DNA from: Prochlorococcaceae cyanobacterium
GTDB lineage: Bacteria > Cyanobacteriota > Cyanobacteriia > PCC-6307 > Cyanobiaceae
Direction of reading: 5' to 3'
NCBI GenBank assembly: GCA_040399185.1
Contig: JBBASQ010000001.1
Location: forward strand, 80,645 to 144,644
Length of the DNA stretch: 64,000 nucleotides
Part shown: positions 57,336-64,000 of the stretch, piece by piece
Layout of the letters: the number at the start of each line of letters is the position of its first letter
Numbering within the stretch: position 1 is the first letter of the stretch
The notes under the pieces: model-generated
What the model was told of the DNA's origin: nothing
What the model saw: the letters and a program-made list of their open reading frames with translations, nothing else
The model's database searches: none
Position numbers and translations under genes: made by a program

Positions 57336-58877
57336 ATGGTCTACACCCTCACAACCCCGCTTTACTACGTCAACGATCGCGCCCATCTCGGCAGCGCTTA
57401 CACCACGCTGGCCTGTGATGCGATCGCTCGGCACCGGCGGCTGAACGGTGAGCCGGTGGTGTTCATCACGGGCTGCGATGAGCACGGCCAGAAGATTCAG
57501 CGCACGGCTGAGGCCGCCGGCGTGTCGCCCCAGGCCCACTGCGACGCGGTGAGTGAGGGCTATCGCGATCTGTGGAACCGCTGGCAGATCAGCAACGACC
57601 GCTTCATCCGCACCACCGATCCGCGCCACCGGCGGATCGTGGAGCAGTTCTTCTCGCGGGTGGAGGCCAGCGGCGATGTGGTGGAGGGCCGCCAGCAGGG
57701 CTGGTACTGCGTGGCCTGTGAGGAGTTCAAGGACGATCCCCACGAGGCCCAGGATCCGGAATGTGCCATCCATCGGCGCCCCCTGGAGTGGCGCGATGAG
57801 GTGAACCTCTTCTTCCGGCTCTCGCGTTACCAGAGCCAGATCGAGGAGCTCATCCAGCGCGAGGGGTTCATCCAGCCCGCCAGCCGCCGCCGCGAGGTGG
57901 AGAACTTCGTGGCCCAGGGGTTGCGGGATTTCTCGATCTCCCGCATCGATCTGCCCTGGGGCATCCCGGTGCCTGGCCATGGGGGCCACACGTTTTATGT
58001 GTGGTTCGACGCGCTGCTGGGCTATCTCACTGCCCTGCTGGAACCCGGGGACGAGCCCAGCCTTGAGCTGATCCTGGAGCGCGGCTGGCCGGCCAATCTG
58101 CATGTGATCGGCAAGGACATCCTGCGCTTCCACGCGGTGTACTGGCCGGCGATGCTCCTTTCAGCGGGATTGCCGCTGCCGGAGAAGGTGTTTGGCCATG
58201 GCTTCCTCACCCGGGAGGGCCAGAAGATGGGCAAGTCGCTCGGGAACGTGCTCGATCCCGAGGTGCTTCTGGAGAAGTGCGGCCGGGATGCCGTGCGCTG
58301 GTATTTGCTGCGCGACATCCCCTTCGGCGACGACGGCGATTTCCAGCAGCAGCGCTTCACCGATCTGGTGAACAACGATCTGGCCAACACCATCGGCAAC
58401 CTGCTCAACCGCACCAGCTCCATGGCTCGGCGCTGGTTTACCGAGGCCGTGCCGCCGGCTGGTGAGGGGCGCTCCAGCGAGCACCCCTTGGCAAAGGCTT
58501 CCCAGCAGGCTGGTTCGGATGCCCGGCAGGCCTGGGAGCGTCTCGATTTCCGCGCGGCGGCGGAGGCGGCCCTCCAGCTCGCCATCCAGGCCAACGGCTA
58601 CCTGAACGACCAGGCCCCCTGGAAGGCGATGAAGCAGGAGGGCGCTGAGCTGGCCGTTGCGGCGGATCTCTACGCGGTGTTGGAGGCGGCCCGGGTGGTG
58701 GCTTGCCTGCTCGCCCCCCTGCTGCCGGAGCTGTCTGGACGGATGCTGGCCCAGCTGGCCCAGCCCGAGACACCCCAGTGGCCCGAGTCTTTGGCCTGGG
58801 GCCTGCTGGAGCCGGGCGTGGCTCTGCCCGAACCCCAGCCGGTGATGGCGCGGCTTGAGCTCGACGGTCCGCTCTGA
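57336..58877 (+). CDS. metG: Methionine--tRNA ligase
   Basis: ..PLYYVNDRAHLGSAYT.. (HIGH-type) and KMGKSLGN (KMSKS-type). Confidence 0.95.
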   Translation: MVYTLTTPLYYVNDRAHLGSAYTTLACDAIARHRRLNGEPVVFITGCDEHGQKIQRTAEAAGVSPQAHCDAVSEGYRDLWNRWQISNDRFIRTTDPRHRRIVEQFFSRVEASGDVVEGRQQGWYCVACEEFKDDPHEAQDPECAIHRRPLEWRDEVNLFFRLSRYQSQIEELIQREGFIQPASRRREVENFVAQGLRDFSISRIDLPWGIPVPGHGGHTFYVWFDALLGYLTALLEPGDEPSLELILERGWPANLHVIGKDILRFHAVYWPAMLLSAGLPLPEKVFGHGFLTREGQKMGKSLGNVLDPEVLLEKCGRDAVRWYLLRDIPFGDDGDFQQQRFTDLVNNDLANTIGNLLNRTSSMARRWFTEAVPPAGEGRSSEHPLAKASQQAGSDARQAWERLDFRAAAEAALQLAIQANGYLNDQAPWKAMKQEGAELAVAADLYAVLEAARVVACLLAPLLPELSGRMLAQLAQPETPQWPESLAWGLLEPGVALPEPQPVMARLELDGPL

Positions 58878-58887
58878 GGCCGTCGCG

Positions 58888-60084
58888 ATGCCAGCGCTTG
58901 CACGTCGATCCCCGGTTCTCGCCGTATGCCTGCTGGTGCTGCCTGCGCTGGTGAGTTGCCAGCAGCGGCTGGAGAAGGAGGAGCCTGCAGTGCCCTTCGT
59001 GTTCCGTTCGCTCAACCTGCGTCAGCAGGATCCTGAGGGCCGCCCGGCCTGGCAGCTCACCAGTCCGGAGGCCCGCTACGACCTCTCCCGCAAGGTGGCC
59101 CAGGCCCGTGACCTGCGCGGCACGATCTTCTCTGGCGGCAAACCCCTCTACCGGCTGAGCGCCACCAGCGGCACCGTGCTCAATGACGGCGCCCTGATCC
59201 AGCTGGAGGGTCTGGCCACGCTGGAGCGTGTCGGGCCCCAGCCGGTGGTGGTGCGTGCGCGGCGGGTGCGCTGGTATCCCCGCCAGGAGCGGATGGAATT
59301 CGACCAGCGCCCTATCGCCACCGATCGGGATCTGCAGATCAGTGCCGATCGCGCCGTGTTCCTGATCAACCAGGACAAGCTCGAATTGCGGGGATCGCCC
59401 GCCTTGACCCGTAAGGCAGAGAACCGCAAGGCAACAGATGAGATCGTGCTCACGGTGCGCAGTGCCGACTGGTACCCCACCAATGGCGCCCTCAGTGCCC
59501 CGGGCCCCGTGAAGGCCGTGCGCCGGGTGCGTCCTGGACAGGCCCCGCAAATCCTCACGGCACCCTTTCTCCGGGGCAACAGCGTTCAGCAACAGTTGGT
59601 GCTCCAGGCGCCGGTGCGCTTCAGCGATCCCGCTGCCAAGGCGCAGCTGCTGGGCGGGGTGACCTCCATTGATCTCGACCGGCAGGTGGTGCAATCGCGT
59701 GAGCCCTTCAGCGGCTCGATCGACAAGCTCCGGCTTGCCGGTGCGGGCTTCCAGCTGATCAATGGCCAAAATCTGGCGGTGATCAGCCCTGGCTGTGTGC
59801 TGCAGCAACCGGGTGAGAGCCTCACCGCCCAGCGCTGCCAGTGGAACTGGGCCACCCAGGCCATCCAGGCCCGCGGTGATGTGGTGCTCCGGCGGCAGGC
59901 CAACGACCAGATCACCCGGTCGCGGCAGCTGGATGGACGCATGGGCGGCAATGGCCTGGCGGTGTTCACCAGTCCGGGGAGTCGCGTGAATACCAGGGTT
60001 CGGGTGCCAGCAGCCCAGCCCACCCCTCGCCCTACGGGCCAGGGTGGCCAGCCGCGTCCAGTTCGCCCGCCAATCGCGCTGTAA
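58888..60084 (+). CDS. Lipoprotein with an LptC/OstA-like N-terminal domain (cyanobacterial long form)
   Basis: ATG at 58888 and a lipobox LPALVSC. The LptC-like beta-jellyroll assignment is from memory of homologues. Confidence 0.55.
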   Translation: MPALARRSPVLAVCLLVLPALVSCQQRLEKEEPAVPFVFRSLNLRQQDPEGRPAWQLTSPEARYDLSRKVAQARDLRGTIFSGGKPLYRLSATSGTVLNDGALIQLEGLATLERVGPQPVVVRARRVRWYPRQERMEFDQRPIATDRDLQISADRAVFLINQDKLELRGSPALTRKAENRKATDEIVLTVRSADWYPTNGALSAPGPVKAVRRVRPGQAPQILTAPFLRGNSVQQQLVLQAPVRFSDPAAKAQLLGGVTSIDLDRQVVQSREPFSGSIDKLRLAGAGFQLINGQNLAVISPGCVLQQPGESLTAQRCQWNWATQAIQARGDVVLRRQANDQITRSRQLDGRMGGNGLAVFTSPGSRVNTRVRVPAAQPTPRPTGQGGQPRPVRPPIAL

Positions 60085-60724
60085 GCCGCAGTGCCCACCC
60101 CTCCAGCCACTGGAGGTCGCTGCGACTGAAGCAGCGCGGGCTCCATCCCCCCAGCACCACCCAGCCGCGGTCAGCCAGGGGCTGCACCACGGCTGCCGGC
60201 AATCCGGGCAGCAGGGCATCAAATTCGGCGCGGCCGGGATAGAGGTTCAGATCCACCAGGGAAATGGCTGCCCCCTTGGCCCGGGCCCTTGCGCACAGCT
60301 CGCCCGGGTTGAACGTGCCCGGTGCCAGCAGCCCCCGCTTGAGTAGGACCTGACCATCCCAGAGCACCACCAAGGTGGCTGCCGGCGTGGCGGTGAGCAG
60401 CATCTGGCTGCCCCAGCCCAGTTCTTCGGCCACCCCAGGCGGCAAGCCAGCGGAGAGCTCCAGCCCCTCGCTGCCCTGGAGATCGGCGCGGGCCGCCGCT
60501 TCCGGCACCGCCCGAGTCCAGAGGGCGGCCACCAGCATCAGGCCCACGGCCAGGGCACCCGCCAGCACGCTGGCCCGCTCCAGGGAGGGATTGATCTCGG
60601 GGGCCAGCCACTGGTTGAGCACCACCAGCAGCAGGGCGCCGATGCCGACGCCCAGGGCCACCCGCGCAGGCCAGGGCAGGGCCACAGGCGACAGGGCTTG
60701 GTTCAGGCGGCAAACTAGGGCCAC
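60032..60724 (-). CDS. Conserved membrane protein, possibly CCB2/CCB4-type cytochrome b6f cofactor-assembly family (DUF2930, from memory)
   Basis: GTG start, two N-terminal TM helices then a soluble domain. High GC3. The 3' end overlaps the convergent lptC-like gene by 53 nt. Confidence 0.55.
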   Translation of the reverse strand: MALVCRLNQALSPVALPWPARVALGVGIGALLLVVLNQWLAPEINPSLERASVLAGALAVGLMLVAALWTRAVPEAAARADLQGSEGLELSAGLPPGVAEELGWGSQMLLTATPAATLVVLWDGQVLLKRGLLAPGTFNPGELCARARAKGAAISLVDLNLYPGRAEFDALLPGLPAAVVQPLADRGWVVLGGWSPRCFSRSDLQWLEGWALRLTARLAGELDAAGHPGP

Positions 60725-60739
60725 ATCCGCCCTGATCCG

Positions 60740-61438
60740 TTGGCCACAGCTGCCTGCAAGCCCCGGAGAGCCGCCGGTCTGTGGGGTGTTGTTCTGTTGC
60801 TACTGCTCACTGTGGTGAGCTTGGGGCCAGGGAATGCCGCCTTCGCCGCATCGGCCTCCACCTACGCCGACTCCCTGCCCCAGCAGCGCCTGATCGATCC
60901 CGCCGGGGTGTTCAGCCGCGCCGCCGCCTCTGATGTGAGCAGGGCCCTCGACGACCTGGCGGCCGACCATGTCGATGCCCGTCTGGTGACGGTGGAGCGG
61001 CTCGACTACGGCATCACCCTCAACCAGCTCGGCCAGCAGCTGCTGGATCGCTGGGGTGGCCAAACTGCCGACGGGAACCTGCTGCTGTTCCTGATCGACG
61101 CCCAGACCAACGGGGCAGCGATTGTGGCGGCCCCAGCCCTGGCGGGCGAACTGGATCCCGATCTGCTGCGCAGCACCGCCCGCAGCACCATGGCCCTGCC
61201 CCTCCGCGAAGGGGGCCGGTATCGCCAGGCCAGCCTGGATGCCATCAGCCGCCTGCGCACTGTTCTCGAGGAAGGTGCCGATCCCGGTGAGCCGGTGATC
61301 ATCGAGGCGGAGCGGCCTGGCACCAACGTGCCGAGCCGCGAAGAAACCCAGTCGAGCAACGCCTTCACCTGGGTGGCGGTGCTGCTGGTGGTGGGCACCA
61401 TCGTGCCGATGCTCACCTGGTGGGTGTTCTCTCGCTGA
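60740..61438 (+). CDS. TPM-domain protein (Psb32/TLP18.3-like lumenal phosphatase family) with a C-terminal TM anchor
   Basis: TTG start, signal peptide, TPM-like core (..LIDPAGVFSRAAASDVSRAL..LLLFLID..), C-terminal helix WVAVLLVVGTIVPMLTWWVF. Confidence 0.7.
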   Translation: MATAACKPRRAAGLWGVVLLLLLTVVSLGPGNAAFAASASTYADSLPQQRLIDPAGVFSRAAASDVSRALDDLAADHVDARLVTVERLDYGITLNQLGQQLLDRWGGQTADGNLLLFLIDAQTNGAAIVAAPALAGELDPDLLRSTARSTMALPLREGGRYRQASLDAISRLRTVLEEGADPGEPVIIEAERPGTNVPSREETQSSNAFTWVAVLLVVGTIVPMLTWWVFSR

Positions 61439-61444
61439 TCGGGT

Positions 61445-62590
61445 ATGCCACTCACCGACTGGATGGGAACTTTCGGCCGCGCCCAGGCCCTGGATGTGAG
61501 CCACGACCTTGAGCGTGGCTATGAGTCGGCCCTGCTGATTCAAAGCATCGAGTTGGAGCACTACAACGACCGCCCCGTGCGGCCGGAACTCGAGCTGAGC
61601 ATCCCGAAATCGGCCCAGGCGCGCCTGATTCGACGCTTTCGGGCCGCCCTCTCGGTGTGTCGCCAGGCCCTCGATTCAGTGGAGCCACACCGGGCTGAAC
61701 TGGCCGGCCAGGAACTCCGCCAGGTTCAGCTGATCGAGGCCGTGGTGGCCCGCTACGACGTGAACCGGCGGGTTTTGCCCTCGATCAGCCGCTCACCCGA
61801 GGTGCTGCCCCGCAGCCTGCTGGGCGTGGTGGACCAGGTGCGCCGCCAACTCGACCCGGAGGCCGAGGCCAACGTGGTGGCCGGATTCCGGCGCCGGCGG
61901 GACTCCACCCTGGTGTCGCTGCGCATCCTGCTGCTGATGATCCTGGTGCCGGTGCTCGTGCAGCAGGTGAGCCGCACCTACATCGTGTCGCCGCTGGTCG
62001 ACAGCTTTGCACCGGAAAGCGCCTTCCTCACCTATCCCAAGCCCCACCTCGAAGAGAAGGCGGTGGAGAAGCTCAGGGTGTTCCAGGCCGAAATCGAATT
62101 CGATGCCCTGCTGAAGGGTGAGGCCCTGCCCACCCGCGAGGAACTGCAGGCGCGCCTGGCGGACCGCGCCCAGGAGCTCAAGGATGAGGCCGATCTGGAG
62201 AGCACCCATGCGATCAAGAACGTGCTCTCCGATCTCTGTGGACTGATCGGATTTGTGCTCGTGTGCCTGCTGGGTCGCCGTGATCTGCAGGTGCTGCGAG
62301 GTTTTCTCGATGAACTGGTTTACGGCCTCAGCGATAGCGCCAAGGCTTTCGCGATCATTCTGTTCACCGATATCTTCGTGGGCTTCCACAGCCCGGAAGG
62401 CTGGACAGTGCTGCTCGATGGGATAGCGAACCATCTCGGCATCCCAGCGCGCGAGAACTTCATCATGTTGTTCATCGCCACCTTCCCGGTGGTACTGGCC
62501 ACGATCTTCAAGTACTGGATCTTCCGCTACCTCAACCGCGTGTCTCCCTCTTCTGTGGCCACCTTGCGCAACATGAATGGCGGCGGCTGA
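61445..62590 (+). CDS. pxcA: Proton extrusion protein PxcA (CemA family)
   Basis: CemA-type C-terminus ..ATIFKYWIFRYLNRVSPSSVATLRNMN. Confidence 0.85.
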   Translation: MPLTDWMGTFGRAQALDVSHDLERGYESALLIQSIELEHYNDRPVRPELELSIPKSAQARLIRRFRAALSVCRQALDSVEPHRAELAGQELRQVQLIEAVVARYDVNRRVLPSISRSPEVLPRSLLGVVDQVRRQLDPEAEANVVAGFRRRRDSTLVSLRILLLMILVPVLVQQVSRTYIVSPLVDSFAPESAFLTYPKPHLEEKAVEKLRVFQAEIEFDALLKGEALPTREELQARLADRAQELKDEADLESTHAIKNVLSDLCGLIGFVLVCLLGRRDLQVLRGFLDELVYGLSDSAKAFAIILFTDIFVGFHSPEGWTVLLDGIANHLGIPARENFIMLFIATFPVVLATIFKYWIFRYLNRVSPSSVATLRNMNGGG

Positions 62591-63143
62591 GCCCCTGCCT
62601 TCGCTTCAGCTGGTGCTTGGCCCCGCCCGCAGTGGCAAGAGTCGCTGGGCAGAGCACCTGGCGGCCACCAGTGGCTGCCCTGTTGTGTACGTGGCAACAG
62701 GCCCGCTGCTGCCCCACGACGATGCCTGGCAGCAGAGGCTCGATCGCCACCGCCGCCGGCGTCCCTCCCACTGGACCACGCTGGAGGCCAACACCCCAGG
62801 CGCCCTGCTGCCCGGCCTGATGGCCCTCTCGAAAGACGAGGTGGCCCTGGTGGATTCGCTGGGGTCGTGGGTGGCCGCTGGCCTGGAGTGCGACCAGAGC
62901 GCGTGGGAGAGCCTCTGCCACCAACTGCTGGAGCAGCTCAACGCCCTGCGGTGCAGCCTGATCGTGGTGAGCGAGCAGACCGGCTGGGGCGTGGTGCCCC
63001 CCACCGCCATCGGGGGGCTGTTCCGTGATCGGCTCGGCACCCTGGAGCGCCAGCTGGTGGCCCGCGCCCCCCTGAGCTGGCTGGTGGTGGCGGGCCAGGC
63101 CATCAACCTCAGTGCCATCGGCCAACCTGTGCCGGCCGACTGA
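62577..63143 (+). CDS. cobU: Adenosylcobinamide kinase / adenosylcobinamide-phosphate guanylyltransferase
   Basis: P-loop LVLGPARSGKSRWAE, 188 aa. The ATG overlaps the pxcA 3' end by 14 nt. Confidence 0.8.
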   Translation: MAAAEPLPSLQLVLGPARSGKSRWAEHLAATSGCPVVYVATGPLLPHDDAWQQRLDRHRRRRPSHWTTLEANTPGALLPGLMALSKDEVALVDSLGSWVAAGLECDQSAWESLCHQLLEQLNALRCSLIVVSEQTGWGVVPPTAIGGLFRDRLGTLERQLVARAPLSWLVVAGQAINLSAIGQPVPAD

Positions 63144-63151
63144 GTTCCGCC

Positions 63152-63634
63152 ATGCCCCGAGTGGTGCTGTTCCAGCCCCAGATCCCCCCCAATACCGGCA
63201 ACGTGGCCCGGTCATGTGCCGCCACAGCCACCGAACTGCACCTGGTGGAACCCCTCGGCTTTGAAATCAGCGACCGCACCCTGAAGCGGGCAGGGCTCGA
63301 CTACTGGCCCTGGGTGCCGCTGCACCGGCACGCCAACTGGACGGCTTTTCTGAGCCACCGCCAGGAGCGCGGCGGCCGACTGCTGGCCCTCAGTCGCCAC
63401 GCCAGCATCAGCTATCTCAGCTGCGACTACAAAAGCGACGACTGGCTGCTGTTTGGCCGCGAGACCGATGGCCTGCCCATTGATGTTGTGGAGCAGTGCG
63501 ACCAGCGCCTCACCATTCCCATGCGCTGCTCGAGTGATCGGCCCGAGGGCGGCGTGCGCAGCCTCAACCTCTCGGTGTCTGTGGGGATCGTGCTGTTCGA
63601 GGCCCTGCGTCAGCTTGAGCTGACCTCTCCCTGA
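63152..63634 (+). CDS. trmL: tRNA (cytidine/uridine-2'-O-)-methyltransferase TrmL (SpoU family)
   Basis: MPRVVLFQPQIPPNTGNVARSCAAT..ELHLVEPLGF.., ..LNLSVSVGIVLFEA.. Confidence 0.85.
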   Translation: MPRVVLFQPQIPPNTGNVARSCAATATELHLVEPLGFEISDRTLKRAGLDYWPWVPLHRHANWTAFLSHRQERGGRLLALSRHASISYLSCDYKSDDWLLFGRETDGLPIDVVEQCDQRLTIPMRCSSDRPEGGVRSLNLSVSVGIVLFEALRQLELTSP

Positions 63635-63779
63635 TCCCTGTGACCGACATGGGTCTCATCGCTTCAGTTGGATGAGTGGTGACCTGGATAACTTGTGCCC
63701 TGAGGTTCAGTCCGCTACTGTCTGCGCGCCTGGCGATGTTGGCTTCTCTCCAGGTTTGTCCGATGGGTGATCAATTCGT

Positions 63780-64000
63780 ATGAAGCCTTGGCGATTGTGT
63801 CTTCGATTGAGTTTGTGCCTGCCGGCCGCTGTGCCCCTGGCCGTTGGAGCGCTTGCTCCCGACGCACAGCAGTCGGCTCCGGCTCTTGACTCTCTCGTTG
63901 CCGCCCTGCCCTCCCCCAGCAGCGAACGGGTGTGGGTGCGGGTCCGTAACGCCATCAGCAATGAAGATCTGGCCTCCCGTCTCTCCATTCCCGAGGAGCG
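63780..64000 (+). CDS. 5' part of an exported protein running off the window
   Basis: ATG at 63780, signal-peptide-like MKPWRLCLRLSLCLPAAVPLAVGALAP.., frame open to the window end. Not in the ORF track because no stop is reached. Confidence 0.4.
   Translation, partial: MKPWRLCLRLSLCLPAAVPLAVGALAPDAQQSAPALDSLVAALPSPSSERVWVRVRNAISNEDLASRLSIPEE

Noticed and set aside
63707-63988. 93-aa minus-strand ORF at the window end.
   Set aside because: It is antisense to a plus-strand ORF with a convincing signal peptide starting at 63780, and its product is Arg/Ala-rich.
1-64000. CRISPR arrays, IS elements, integrases, rRNA and tRNA genes.
   Set aside because: I saw no regularly spaced direct repeats of 25-40 nt and no transposase- or integrase-like ORFs. 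No gap large enough for rRNA exists apart from 47379-48242, which lacks rRNA signatures. This was a visual scan only.

Overview
High-GC cyanobacterial chromosome segment (hand counts give about 38 G+C per 60-nt line in coding DNA). It looks like a Cyanobium / Synechococcus-type picocyanobacterium: apcD, hemJ, pxcA/cemA, a Psb32-like TPM protein, ycf35, a cyanobacterial-type hfq and HIP1 (GCGATCGC) palindromes are all present. I call about 60 tightly packed, mostly housekeeping genes. They cover chaperones (dnaK tail, dnaJ-like), peptidoglycan turnover (murQ, M61 peptidase, amidase, dacB, spoIID-like), aminoacyl-tRNA synthetases (leuS, pheT, metG), B12-related genes (cobN, metH, cobU), DNA repair (uvrC, FeS-type photolyase), ribosomal proteins L33/S18 and central metabolism (pgi, ribBA, argC, purN, dapF, ilvE, gpsA, coaD). 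I recognised no rRNA, tRNA, CRISPR array, transposase or integrase. Many long ORFs in the track are antisense shadows typical of high-GC DNA and were rejected. The one clearly anomalous locus is an ~865-bp spacer (47379-48242) between an RHH/J-domain gene and the apcD terminator. It is low in GC, has stops in all frames, five CTAG sites, several perfect hairpins and degenerate repeated modules. It may be a structured ncRNA locus or a decayed foreign insert; I could not assign it to tmRNA or RNase P RNA. Other items worth a second look:
- a 104-aa Cys-cluster tail fused to DapF;
- a small secreted Cys protein translationally coupled between uvrC and a (6-4)-photolyase-like gene;
- a group-3 sigma factor / antisense small ORF / secreted beta-rich protein / RHH-J-domain protein cluster;
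- an RNase II gene whose conserved-looking N-terminus precedes the first canonical start codon.

All family names are from motif recognition and memory. No database search was run.
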